Shown piece after piece: positions 54,561 through 63,950 of a stretch of DNA of 64,000 nucleotides. The notes beneath the pieces were generated by a model, which saw only the letters and a program-made list of their open reading frames with translations, made no database searches and was not told where the DNA came from. The DNA is from Dehalococcoidia bacterium (lineage in GTDB: Bacteria > Chloroflexota > Dehalococcoidia > UBA6926). The DNA is taken from the NCBI GenBank assembly GCA_965204885.1, contig OZ242019.1:924696-988695 (forward strand), given 5' to 3'. Within the stretch, counting starts at the first letter, position 1; each line of letters starts with the position of its first letter. The translations under genes were made by a program, and so were the position numbers.

Positions 54561-55622
54561 ATGCCACCTGTTCGGGTTGGGGTTATTGGCGTTGGGTTTG
54601 GGGCGACGGTGCATATCCCGGGGTTCCAGTCCGAGGGGCTGGAGGTCGTCGCGGTTGCGGCGAGCAGGCAGGAACGGGCGCAGGGCGCGGCGGAGAAGTT
54701 CGGCATCCCCAACGCGTTCACCGACTACCGGGAGCTTGTGACCCATCCGGATGTTGATGCCGTCAGCGTGGTCACCGCCCCCAACCTGCACTATGAGATG
54801 ACCAAAGCCGCTCTTGAGGCCGGCAAGCACGTGATGTGCGAGAAGCCGTTTACGACCAACGCCGCGGAGGCGGAGGAACTCCTCGCCATGGCCAACGAGC
54901 GGGGCTTGACGCACATGATCGCGCATGAGTTCCGCTTCGCGCCGGAGCGGGCCTATGCGCGGCAGCTTATCGATGAGGGCCAGATTGGCGAGCCGCAGCA
55001 TCTCATCGCCACGCTGCACCTGCGATTCGCTCGCCGACCCGGGGCCACGCCCCCTGCGCCGTCCATCGGCAGCGGCGGGATGCTCGGCGCGCTCGGCTCC
55101 CATTACATCGACGGCATACGCCACTGGTTCGGTGACATCTCTCGCGTGAGCGGCACGCTGCACGGCAATGTGCCCGCAGGATTCAGCCTTGCCGACACGA
55201 ACAATGCGTTCAGCGTCCACATGGACTTCGCGAACGGCGCGTGGGGAACGCTGACGTGCAGCCTCAACTCCCCGCTTGGACAGGGTGGGTCGATCCAGCT
55301 CTACGGCACGGAGGGGTCGATTCACCTGAGCCAGACAGGGCCGAATCCCGCGCCCGAAGGGACCGTCCGCGTTGGGCGGCTGGATGACGATTCCCGTGAG
55401 CTGCGTACCGTCCCGATACCCGAGGAATTGCACCCGTTCGACGATGACCGCGACCACCGCCTGCTGCCGTTCAGGTTGGAGGTGCAGGATTTTGTGCGAG
55501 GCGTCGAGTCAGGTGAATCGCCCGCGCCGAACTTCCATGACGGCCTGCAGTGCCAGCGCGTGTTGGACGCCATCCAGGAATCTCACCTGACCGGCGCGGC
55601 GGTGGACGTTCCGACCGGCTGA
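54561..55622 (+). CDS. Gfo/Idh/MocA-family NAD(P)-dependent oxidoreductase
   Basis: N-terminal Rossmann fold VRVGVIGVGFGATVHIPG and the EKP motif (CEKPFTTN). Confidence 0.85.
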   Translation: MPPVRVGVIGVGFGATVHIPGFQSEGLEVVAVAASRQERAQGAAEKFGIPNAFTDYRELVTHPDVDAVSVVTAPNLHYEMTKAALEAGKHVMCEKPFTTNAAEAEELLAMANERGLTHMIAHEFRFAPERAYARQLIDEGQIGEPQHLIATLHLRFARRPGATPPAPSIGSGGMLGALGSHYIDGIRHWFGDISRVSGTLHGNVPAGFSLADTNNAFSVHMDFANGAWGTLTCSLNSPLGQGGSIQLYGTEGSIHLSQTGPNPAPEGTVRVGRLDDDSRELRTVPIPEELHPFDDDRDHRLLPFRLEVQDFVRGVESGESPAPNFHDGLQCQRVLDAIQESHLTGAAVDVPTG

Positions 55623-55714
55623 GTTGAACCCGTCTCCTATGTCTGGGTATAGCGGATAAAGTGTAAACTTACTGCGAGATCGGCCAACCCTGAACGAACC
55701 TGCGGGAGGTAGTC

Positions 55715-56158
55715 ATGGGCGTGAAACAGCTGGGCGGCATCTACCTGATTGCGGTGAGCCTTGCCGTCGTTGTGTACTTCATCATCAACTCATTCTTTGT
55801 CGCGAACGACACGTTTGACGTTCAAGCTGTCTGGAACGTGCTTGACGTCCTGATGGTCATCGCGCTGGTCATCGGCCTTGTAGTGAGTTTTGGTGACAAG
55901 GCGGAGGAGAGGCGGCAGCGCGCCGCGGGCAATAGCGATGCCGGACGGTACATCGCGGTCAACGGGACGTTCTATGGGATCGTCGTCGTTACGATCCTGT
56001 TCCTGCACAACTGGTTCAACCTGCTCGCCAACGGCGCGGACGCCCTCTCCGACAATGTGACGTACTGGACTCTCTGGGCGGTCATTGATACGCTCCTGCC
56101 CGTCACGCTTGCTATAGCGGGAGTGCGGCAGCTGCGGAGCAATTACTGGACGACGTAA
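55715..56158 (+). CDS. Hypothetical membrane protein
   Basis: 147 aa with four predicted TM helices. Followed by a perfect 11-bp stem hairpin. Confidence 0.55.
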   Translation: MGVKQLGGIYLIAVSLAVVVYFIINSFFVANDTFDVQAVWNVLDVLMVIALVIGLVVSFGDKAEERRQRAAGNSDAGRYIAVNGTFYGIVVVTILFLHNWFNLLANGADALSDNVTYWTLWAVIDTLLPVTLAIAGVRQLRSNYWTT

Positions 56159-56182
56159 GCGCCGGAACAGTCAAAGAGATTC

Positions 56183-56215
56183 GCCGCTGCGCTTGGTTAT
56201 TTCGAGCGCAGCGGC
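56183..56215 (+). terminator. Perfect 11-bp stem hairpin (GCCGCTGCGCT-loop-AGCGCAGCGGC) after the membrane protein gene
   Basis: Begins 25 nt after the stop at 56158 and has an 11-nt loop. No U-tract follows. It marks the boundary into the low-GC DUF3800 islet. Confidence 0.4.
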
Positions 56216-56402
56216 GGGCTGACACGTGATAGGAGGCAGGCCCAATCCGCGTTGGGGCAAGGTGATGATGAAAGGCTCGAGCGCCTTTCGTCCTTGACAA
56301 GTTGGGCTGTCATAACTAACTTGATAGCGGTTGGCGCAGTTCTCTTGATGTAAGTGGGCCAGGCGGGTCTCCCGAAACATGGAGGCCGGACCTGGCCCAC
56401 GG

Positions 56403-57092
56403 TTATTGTGTGCCGAGCCGGTTCTCAGACAAATCCATGGGAGTGGCGAATGAGAGATAAGACGGCAATGCGCTAGCATTCTTGAGTGAGCCATAGTAGC
56501 CGTTTGCTAAATTGTGAACCACCTGTAAACCTTCCACATAAATTGAGGACGCCTGTGTCACATAAGTAGGTGGAGGTATGTCGGGACGGGTCTTGAGGTA
56601 TCGTGTCAGACTCTCTAAATCTGATGAAGCCATGTCGAATCTGTCCAATACCAAGTCATACTGCCGGGACTTTAGGGGATGTAGGTCAAAGTGATGACGG
56701 AGGAGTCTGCGCAGGACGTAGTTCCGAAATCTAAGCGAATCTGTTCCGGTGTCCGCCGTCGGACGCAAGTACCGGCCGGTATAGCGTTCCTTGTCTACAT
56801 AGACGACGGATGCCCATAGGTTAGTAGTAGATTCAGCGAGTTCCGCTATTGGCTGAAGGAACTTCTCAGCGGACTTATCTCGGTGGGGTATCTTCAGTTC
56901 TCTGACAAGCGAAGATAGATATCGGAAGGCAGCGACATGAGCGTTCAGATCACGGATCGAATCGTCGCAGATGTGCAGGGCTGCCATCACAAAATAGCGA
57001 GTACTGAGCAACTGCCGCGTTCCCCGTTCTAAGGTGTAACCGGCGTCACCGGATTCATCGACAAAGAGAAAGTCATGTCGTGGTGAGGTCAT
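56403..57092 (-). CDS. DUF3800-family protein
   Basis: The N-terminus DFLFVDESGDAGY matches the hallmark DESG start of DUF3800 proteins. 229 aa. Local GC is about 50%, well below the surroundings. Confidence 0.5.
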   Translation of the reverse strand: MTSPRHDFLFVDESGDAGYTLERGTRQLLSTRYFVMAALHICDDSIRDLNAHVAAFRYLSSLVRELKIPHRDKSAEKFLQPIAELAESTTNLWASVVYVDKERYTGRYLRPTADTGTDSLRFRNYVLRRLLRHHFDLHPLKSRQYDLVLDRFDMASSDLESLTRYLKTRPDIPPPTYVTQASSIYVEGLQVVHNLANGYYGSLKNASALPSYLSFATPMDLSENRLGTQ

Positions 57093-57197
57093 GCGACTGC
57101 TCTAATTGTTAATTTCACATTCCAACGCCGTCTCAGGCTGACAGAGAGCTCGAAAGCAACCCGAGCGGTGCTTTGATCGGAGTGCAATTCGAGACAG

Positions 57198-58394
57198 TTA
57201 CCGCGGCAGGCCGAGGCCGCGCTGGGCGATGATGTTGCGCTGCACCTCGTCGGTGCCGCCGCCGATGGCGAGGCCACGCGTCAGCCACGCGTTCGCGCCC
57301 AGGAAGCCGTGCATCGGCGCGAATCGGCTGCCCCGCGGCGCGATCAGAGCGTCATCGGTGGCGAGACCGGCCAGCACGTTGTAGACGTTCCAGCCGACCT
57401 CATCGCCGGTCACCTTGACCATGGAGGCTTCCCTGTCCGGCACCTGCCCCTGCGTCTGGAGCCACGCGACGCGGTAGCAGAGCATCCGCGTTGTTTCCAC
57501 CTGCACGCGGAGATCGGCCAGCTTGTGGCGCGCGACGGGATTCTCCAACAGCGACGTGCCGTCAGCCGACGGGCGGTTTCGGTACGCGTCGATGAACTGC
57601 TCCATGTAGCGTTGCAGCCGGGCCGGGATCTCCACCTGTGAGCGCTCAAAGCTGAGCGTCGTCATGGCCGTGTAGAAGCCGCGGTTCAACTCGCCGATCA
57701 GGTTGCGCTTTGGAACGCGTACCTCCTCGAGAAACACCTCGCTCCAGCGCCAACGTCCCAGGCCGTCGTAGAGCGGCCGCAAAGTCACGCCGGGGTCGTT
57801 CATATCGACGATGAAGTAGGAGATGCCGCGATGCTTGGGCGCGGTGGGGTCCGTTCTAACCAGGTAGTGGCCCCAGTCCGCCCACCTGCCCTCCGAGTTC
57901 CATATCTTCTGTCCGCTGAGCACGTAGTCGTCGCCGTCCTCCACCGCACGGGTCTGCACATTGGCGAGGTCGGAGCCGGCATTGGGCTCCGAGAAACCCT
58001 GCGAGAGATGGTGAATCTCGCCGCTGGCGATGCGTGGCAGGAAGAACTCACGCTGCCAGTCCGCGCCGTGCATCATCAGCATGGGGGCGAACATGCCGCC
58101 GCCGAGGATCTCCGGCGAGCCAGCATAGGCCATCGCCTCGCGGTATGCCATCTGCGTGCTGAGAGGCGCGCCCCATCCACCGAACTCCTTTGGCCAGTGC
58201 ATGGTGAACCAGCCCTTTTCGGCCAGCTTCTTCGCGTAGGCGTGCATCCGCTCTTCCTCGTCGACGTCATCCACGTCGTACGAGGCGACGATCATGCTGT
58301 AGGCGTCTTTGTCGCCGGGGTCCCAATTCTGCCGGACGAACTCCGTCGCCTCGGCGCGAAGGGCCTCCTCCTCGGCGCTGAATCGAAAGTCCAT
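57198..58394 (-). CDS. Acyl-CoA dehydrogenase family protein
   Basis: 398 aa with ACAD N-terminal, middle beta-barrel and C-terminal helical domains. The catalytic-base region GGGTDEVQRNIIA is near the C-terminus. Confidence 0.85.
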   Translation of the reverse strand: MDFRFSAEEEALRAEATEFVRQNWDPGDKDAYSMIVASYDVDDVDEEERMHAYAKKLAEKGWFTMHWPKEFGGWGAPLSTQMAYREAMAYAGSPEILGGGMFAPMLMMHGADWQREFFLPRIASGEIHHLSQGFSEPNAGSDLANVQTRAVEDGDDYVLSGQKIWNSEGRWADWGHYLVRTDPTAPKHRGISYFIVDMNDPGVTLRPLYDGLGRWRWSEVFLEEVRVPKRNLIGELNRGFYTAMTTLSFERSQVEIPARLQRYMEQFIDAYRNRPSADGTSLLENPVARHKLADLRVQVETTRMLCYRVAWLQTQGQVPDREASMVKVTGDEVGWNVYNVLAGLATDDALIAPRGSRFAPMHGFLGANAWLTRGLAIGGGTDEVQRNIIAQRGLGLPR

Positions 58395-58420
58395 CTCCCC
58401 ACTCCCTTTCGATGCGAATT

Positions 58421-59281
58421 CTAGCGCGGGCGGAACGCGCCGCGAATGGTGTCCTCCGTGAACAGCGAAGGCACCTGGCCGTCCGCGGCGTAGTTGTACA
58501 GCGCGGCTTTGTAGATGCCGCTAAGCGTGGCAAAGAGCAGCGAAACCCCTACGACCAGAACGACACCGATGACAACGGCCAATACGATGCCGGGGGTTCC
58601 GAGGAAGGACAGGACAAAGCCAAGAACCGCGGCGACCAGAAGTGCCAGTAGCGTCGCGCCGAACTGTATCAGGCCGAGGCCAAAGTTGCCGACAACCTGC
58701 TCACCCCACGTGCGCCGCAGCAGAGAGAGTGACGTCTTGAAGGAATCAAACAGTCCGCGATGTTCGATGACGATGAGCGGCACGACGAAGAAAGTGATCA
58801 GTGACCACGCCGCGCCGATGAGCGCGACCACGATCTGCCCGATGATTCCAATGATGCCCCCACGCTCGCGGGCCTGGCTTGAAAGGATCTGGAGGATAAG
58901 ACCGACGGTCGCGGCAATCACGGCCCAGAAGAAGATCGTGACGATTCGGCTGGACGCGCCCGCCAATCCGGACCTGATGTTAGGGTCGCCCCCTTCCAAC
59001 CGTTCATGCGCGGCAAAGACGAGCGCCGCGTTGAAGAAGATAATCACAAAATAAGAGGCGACGTAGAAGAGGAACACCATGAGCAGGTCAAGGCCACTGA
59101 ATGCCCCGGTTTCCAACCTGTCAAAGGACCCGATGCCGAAGGTGACGCCGAAGAACGTCAAGGTCACGAAGATCACGCCGATCGTCGAGAAGATGGGGAA
59201 GAAGATCAGCTCCTTGTCAACACTGAGGACGTGAAGGCACAGCTTGAATAGCTGCCAACTCCTGCCGATCGTCGCAAACAT
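58421..59281 (-). CDS. Hypothetical polytopic membrane protein
   Basis: 286 aa with about 6 TM helices. No family recognised. Confidence 0.5.
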   Translation of the reverse strand: MFATIGRSWQLFKLCLHVLSVDKELIFFPIFSTIGVIFVTLTFFGVTFGIGSFDRLETGAFSGLDLLMVFLFYVASYFVIIFFNAALVFAAHERLEGGDPNIRSGLAGASSRIVTIFFWAVIAATVGLILQILSSQARERGGIIGIIGQIVVALIGAAWSLITFFVVPLIVIEHRGLFDSFKTSLSLLRRTWGEQVVGNFGLGLIQFGATLLALLVAAVLGFVLSFLGTPGIVLAVVIGVVLVVGVSLLFATLSGIYKAALYNYAADGQVPSLFTEDTIRGAFRPR

Positions 59282-59381
59282 GACCGCACACCTCTTTCGG
59301 TTTTCGGTTCTTCAGTACGCGCACTTAATGATACATGGCGATAAAGGGCTCCGTAGTTGGAGATGCCATTAAGCTGGAGGG

Positions 59382-60296
59382 GTGTTTAGTTTCCTTGTAG
59401 CGCGAGGGCGGCGGCTTGCCAATACCCTCCTCCTCATCCTGGACAGCTTCAAGCCGACGGCGGTTGCGGTCGTCATGATTCGGAATGCCGGAAGGCACGG
59501 GGTTGGCGATATGGCAGCGGCTGTAGGGTATTACGGTATCCTCGCAATCCTGCCGTTGCTGATCTTCACCATTACCGTTCTGAGCTTCGTGCTGGACACT
59601 GAGACGGTGGTGAACGAGGTCCACTTGATCGTCTCACGGTATGTGCCGCTGGAGGCCAACCTCATCGACGACAACGTGGATGCAATAGTTCAATCCCGCG
59701 GGGCAATCGGCATCATTTCACTGATGGCGCTCGCGTGGTCCGGCAGCAATTTCTTCGGCGCGATGGCGCGTTTCATGGACAGGGCGTGGGGCAATGCAAA
59801 CCCATACGCGTTTCACCTGGTGCGGATCAAGTCCGTCATCACCGTGGGAAGCGTGAGCGCGCTCCTGCTGTCTTCATTGGCGATGTCAACTCTGGTTCAC
59901 GCAGCTGAGACGGCCGAGCTGGACGGATGGCTGGGCACACTTGCCGGTGTGGTCAACGTCGGCGGGCGGGTCGTGCTGGGCGTCGCGTCGCTTTTTGGCG
60001 CGATAGCGGGGTTGCTGATGCTGTACCGATGGCTGCCAAGCGACCGCACTCCGTGGCGGTACTGCATTCCAGCCGCGTTTATCGCCGGCATCTCCCTTGA
60101 GATTATCAAGAACCTGTTCCTGATCTACCTGACCACCTTTGGCAGTTTTGACGCGGTCTATGGTTCACTGGCGTCAATAGTGGTCCTGCTGGTCTGGATA
60201 TATGTGGCAGGCTTCGTGATTTTACTGGTTGCGGAACTTGGCGGCGCGCTACGAGAAGTGGATATGCGCGGTCGCCGCAGGTATCGACCGACGTGA
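59382..60296 (+). CDS. YihY/BrkB (virulence factor BrkB/RNase BN-like) family membrane protein
   Basis: N-terminal motif AAAVGYYGILAILPLL (YihY family AALxYYxLLSLFPLL) with six TM helices. Confidence 0.7.
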   Translation: MFSFLVARGRRLANTLLLILDSFKPTAVAVVMIRNAGRHGVGDMAAAVGYYGILAILPLLIFTITVLSFVLDTETVVNEVHLIVSRYVPLEANLIDDNVDAIVQSRGAIGIISLMALAWSGSNFFGAMARFMDRAWGNANPYAFHLVRIKSVITVGSVSALLLSSLAMSTLVHAAETAELDGWLGTLAGVVNVGGRVVLGVASLFGAIAGLLMLYRWLPSDRTPWRYCIPAAFIAGISLEIIKNLFLIYLTTFGSFDAVYGSLASIVVLLVWIYVAGFVILLVAELGGALREVDMRGRRRYRPT

Positions 60297-60320
60297 GGCG
60301 CCCGGAGCGAGCATTGGGCC

Positions 60321-60941
60321 TCAGTAGACGTGGTGATCGATGCCCATGTAGGCATCAATGAACGTGCGGATGCGCTCCTCGTCAAACTCATCAAAGGTGT
60401 CCAGCCGCGTCCACGCCGTGAGGGCGATGCGACGCCGCTGACCTGTGACGGGGTCGATGATTCCGTTGTAGGGCCCCATGAGAACGCGACCCTCCGGTTC
60501 GGCAATGTACTCGCTCACGACCGCGGTTAGTTGGGCGACAAGTTCGGCGCATCCGGCCGGACAGTCGTATTGGACGTTGACGTGCCCGTCCTCAAGGTTG
60601 TGAATCTGGACCTCATCCGGCACCTGGACGTCGTATATCTGGCCAGGCGCCAGCGCGGGCATGTGAGGGCCGGAGGTTGGGGGGGACGAGTTGTACGGCA
60701 CGTGCGGCTCCGCTATGTCTGCCAAATGGTAGTTCCCCTGGCTTTCCAGGGCGTAGCCGGGCTCCTCATGCAAGACTTCCTGCAGGACGAGTAGACCCCC
60801 GATGAGCAGGATGACGGCAATGGTAGCCGCGAAGATGATGATGCCACTGCGATTACCGCCGCTTGCCGTTACCGCGTTTCTACGACGTTGAGACACGTGA
60901 TTATTCTCCGCAAATACAGGTGCTGGCTTTATGATAAACAA
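60321..60941 (-). CDS. DUF3105 domain protein (membrane-anchored)
   Basis: N-terminal TM anchor followed by the conserved YNSSPPTSGPH...QYDCP motif of the DUF3105 family. Confidence 0.6.
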   Translation of the reverse strand: MFIIKPAPVFAENNHVSQRRRNAVTASGGNRSGIIIFAATIAVILLIGGLLVLQEVLHEEPGYALESQGNYHLADIAEPHVPYNSSPPTSGPHMPALAPGQIYDVQVPDEVQIHNLEDGHVNVQYDCPAGCAELVAQLTAVVSEYIAEPEGRVLMGPYNGIIDPVTGQRRRIALTAWTRLDTFDEFDEERIRTFIDAYMGIDHHVY

Positions 60942-61053
60942 TCACGCGAAAGAGTATAGCGAAACGCGTCGATTCGGGGCGCACGGGCCGCGCAGGGCCG
61001 AGGGTTTTTGATAAATGGGCGTCGTTGCTATCCGAAATAGACCATATATTCCA

Positions 61054-61082
61054 TTGACCTGGTTTTAGACCGAGACTAAAAT
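61054..61082 (+). promoter_or_regulatory. Sigma-70-like promoter for the rsmD-coaD operon (TTGACC-17 nt-TAAAAT)
   Basis: The -35 TTGACC (61054-61059) and -10 TAAAAT (61077-61082) are separated by a 17-nt spacer. The element is about 19 nt upstream of the rsmD ATG and sits in a locally AT-rich intergenic region. Confidence 0.45.
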
Positions 61083-61100
61083 TTGGGCTCAAGTGAAGCT

Positions 61101-61691
61101 ATGCGAGTCACTGCAGGGTTCGCGAGAGGAATTGAATTGCGGGCGCCGCGGGGTTGGCATGGCCGTCCGACTACGGATAGGGTGCGTGGAGCGATTTTCT
61201 CCATGCTGGAAGCGCGGGAAACGGTGAAGGATCGGCGAGTGTTGGATCTGTTCGCAGGGACAGGCGCCCTGGGTATAGAGGCATTGAGCCGCGGCGCGGC
61301 GTCCGCCGTTTGTGTGGAACGCGGCGCGCGGGAATGCGCCGTTATCCGTGAGAACGCGGAACGTGCCGGCGTGGCCGACAACCTTACCGTGCTCGCAATG
61401 CCCGTGGCCCAGTCCCTTTCATCGCTTGAGGGGCCGTTCGGCCTCGTCTTCATGGATCCCCCATACGATGATTCTGCGGCCATTCCGGCAACCCTGGAAG
61501 CCCTGCTGGCTGCTGACGGACTGTTGCATGATGACGCGGTCATCGTCGTGGAGCAGTCGAGCAGGAATCCGGCAGATATAGGAGATCTGGCAATCGGCGA
61601 GATTGCGACACGCCGCTACGGAGACACCCTCGTCTCTCTGCTCATGAGAGAAACAGTAGTGACGTCATCGGACAGGGAGACTGTCTCATGA
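61101..61691 (+). CDS. rsmD: 16S rRNA (guanine966-N2)-methyltransferase RsmD
   Basis: Motifs VLDLFAGTGALGIEALSRGA and FMDPPY. Start at ATG 61101 (MRVTAG). Confidence 0.85.
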   Translation: MRVTAGFARGIELRAPRGWHGRPTTDRVRGAIFSMLEARETVKDRRVLDLFAGTGALGIEALSRGAASAVCVERGARECAVIRENAERAGVADNLTVLAMPVAQSLSSLEGPFGLVFMDPPYDDSAAIPATLEALLAADGLLHDDAVIVVEQSSRNPADIGDLAIGEIATRRYGDTLVSLLMRETVVTSSDRETVS

Positions 61692-62173
61692 CGAAAGCAA
61701 TCTATGCGGGGACCTTTGACCCCATGACACTAGGCCACGCCGGCATCGCAGAGCGGGCGGCCAAGCTCTTTGAGGAGCTGACCATCTGCGTTTACGACCA
61801 GACAGTCGGCAAGTCGATGCTCTTCTCGACGGAGGAGCGAGTCGCGCTGGCGGAGGCATCCCTGCGCGGCGTCCCCAATATCAGCGTCACAACGTATACG
61901 CGCGATCTGACAGTGAATCTCGCCCGACAACTCGGCGCCACGGCGATGATTCGCGGACTCCGCAACGCCAACGACCTGGTGGCGGAGACGGAACTAGCGC
62001 AGATGAATCACGAGCTCGATCCGGAGATCGAGACCGTATTCATCCTGACGTCGGCGGAGCACGCATTCGTCAGTTCCAGTCTATTGAAGGAGGCCGCCTC
62101 ACTCGGCGGTGACATCAGCGGCCTCGTTTCACCGGCTGTCGCGGAGGCGCTGCGGCAGAAATATCAAACATAG
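61688..62173 (+). CDS. coaD: Phosphopantetheine adenylyltransferase
   Basis: Starts AIYAGTFDPMTLGH (HxGH-type nucleotidyltransferase). Typical ~160-aa length. Overlaps the rsmD stop by 4 bp. Confidence 0.9.
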   Translation: MTKAIYAGTFDPMTLGHAGIAERAAKLFEELTICVYDQTVGKSMLFSTEERVALAEASLRGVPNISVTTYTRDLTVNLARQLGATAMIRGLRNANDLVAETELAQMNHELDPEIETVFILTSAEHAFVSSSLLKEAASLGGDISGLVSPAVAEALRQKYQT

Positions 62174-62272
62174 TGCACGTTAAGTCCGCCCGTTCTGAGG
62201 ATCGGGCAACAGACGGACAGGAAAGCGCGGGAGAAAGAGGCAAAGGAACGCCGAAAGCAGGGAGGTGACCTG

Positions 62273-62923
62273 ATGCAGTTCCTTGAGATGATTGATGCCC
62301 TGGAGGACATGGCGGAAGATGCGCGCCGTGTTCCGGGCACCGGACGGGTCATGTTGGATCGTGAAGAGCTGGCACGAATCATCGATCGGATGCGGGCGAC
62401 GGCTCCGGCTGAGCTGCGCGAAGCCGAGGAGATCCGCGAGCGAGGCGAGTCGATCGTCAACGAGGCTTATGTCTTCGCCAAGAAGATGAAGGCCAAGACG
62501 CAAGAGGATCATCGCCAGGCGATTCAGGATAGCGCCATCGTTGAAGAGGCTGAAGAGAAGGCGCAGCAGATCATCCTGGATGCGGAGCGTGAGGTCGAGC
62601 GGATGAAGCAGCGGACCGAAGGCGATGCCGCGCGCCTCATCAAGGACTCTGACGTCTACGCCGCGCAGTCACTTGAGCGCCTTCTGAACAATCTGGAACA
62701 GGTGACGCAGAATATCCAGGACCTTTACAAGGAGGCGATGGAGCTGCATGGACTGGTTGAGAACGGTCTGCGCTACCTCGGCGCGCGCAGCGCGAGGGCC
62801 AACGGCTCCAAGAAGCGCCGTGCCAAGACGAACGGCACGACGAATGGCAACGGGAATGGCAACGGCGCAGACGCGGAACAGTCCCTGAACGAGGACGAAC
62901 TCGTCACGCTGGCCAGCAGCTGA
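62273..62923 (+). CDS. Coiled-coil protein of unknown function (ATPase-subunit-H/b-like helical protein)
   Basis: 216-aa highly charged helical protein with an Asn/Gly-rich C-terminal tail (NGTTNGNGNGNG). Strong RBS GGGAGGTGA. Confidence 0.5.
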   Translation: MQFLEMIDALEDMAEDARRVPGTGRVMLDREELARIIDRMRATAPAELREAEEIRERGESIVNEAYVFAKKMKAKTQEDHRQAIQDSAIVEEAEEKAQQIILDAEREVERMKQRTEGDAARLIKDSDVYAAQSLERLLNNLEQVTQNIQDLYKEAMELHGLVENGLRYLGARSARANGSKKRRAKTNGTTNGNGNGNGADAEQSLNEDELVTLASS

Positions 62924-63047
62924 TCCCAACCAACATCGTACTTTCGCGATCGTCCTCGAACGAGAGCAGTTTGGCCCGGAGGGCCACGCCGAATGCCGCC
63001 GCCCTCCGGCCGACGCCTCATTTTTGCGGAACCAATGAAGGCCGCGG

Positions 63048-63950
63048 TCAGCGTTCTGCCAGCGCGTATCCTATCAGCTTGTAGGTGAGCCGCGCGGCAG
63101 TGAACGCCGCGTGTGTCGGCCCCTCATTCGGGGCGAGTTCCATAATGTCAAAGCCGATGACGCGTGAGCGTTGGGCGACAGCCCGCAGGATGTCGAGCGT
63201 TTCCTGCCACGAGAGTCCGCCCGGCTCCGGCGTGCCGACGGCGGGCATGATCGACGGATCCAGAGCGTCCAGGTCCACAGTCACATAGACCGTCCCACCC
63301 AATTCCGCCAGCAGTTCGTCAATGGCGGCGGGATTGTTGTATTGGCCGGGCGTGTAAAGGTGCATCCCGGTAACGCTTACATCCCGGAAGTGCTGCATCT
63401 CCTCGCTGCTGATGCTGCGAATGCCGGCTTGAAGAACGCTGCCGCTCCCAACGATCTCCCGTACGCGCCGCATCACGCAGGCATGGCTGTAGCGACTGCC
63501 CTGGTAGCTGTCCCGCATGTCCGCGTGCGCGTCGAGTTGGAGAATCGAGAGGCCGGGATGCCGTTGGGCGAGGGCGCGGACCGCGCCGATTGTGAGCGAG
63601 TGTTCGCCGCCCAGCATGACGGGCAGCTTGCCCGCGTCGGCCAATGCTCCAACGACCTGCTCGACACGAACGATGTTGGCCTCCGGGCCGGAGACGTCCG
63701 GTTCTAACGCCGGGAGTGTCGCAATGCCCCACTGCGCGGGCTCCAGGTCGAGGTCAGGCTCATAGAGTTCCAGGTAGCGGGACGCCTCGATGATGGCCTG
63801 CGGACCGTCGCGCGCGCCGCTGCGGTAGGACACGGTGCCGTCATAGGGAACGGGGAGGATTGCAGCAGCGGCCTTGTCGAAGCCGGCATCATCGCCGTCG
63901 AGGGACGCAAAGCTCCAGGGAAATGCGCTGCCGTCCGGAAGAAAATTCAT
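63048..63950 (-). CDS. speB: Agmatinase (arginase/ureohydrolase family)
   Basis: Mn-binding motifs GGEHS, DAHAD and DVDxxDP (TVDLDALDP). Confidence 0.85.
   Translation of the reverse strand: MNFLPDGSAFPWSFASLDGDDAGFDKAAAAILPVPYDGTVSYRSGARDGPQAIIEASRYLELYEPDLDLEPAQWGIATLPALEPDVSGPEANIVRVEQVVGALADAGKLPVMLGGEHSLTIGAVRALAQRHPGLSILQLDAHADMRDSYQGSRYSHACVMRRVREIVGSGSVLQAGIRSISSEEMQHFRDVSVTGMHLYTPGQYNNPAAIDELLAELGGTVYVTVDLDALDPSIMPAVGTPEPGGLSWQETLDILRAVAQRSRVIGFDIMELAPNEGPTHAAFTAARLTYKLIGYALAER

Noticed and set aside
54051-55457. 468-aa minus-strand ORF spanning the XDH/MocA junction
   Set aside because: It is antisense to two confidently called + strand genes and crosses their intergenic gap. Its composition is Arg-rich.
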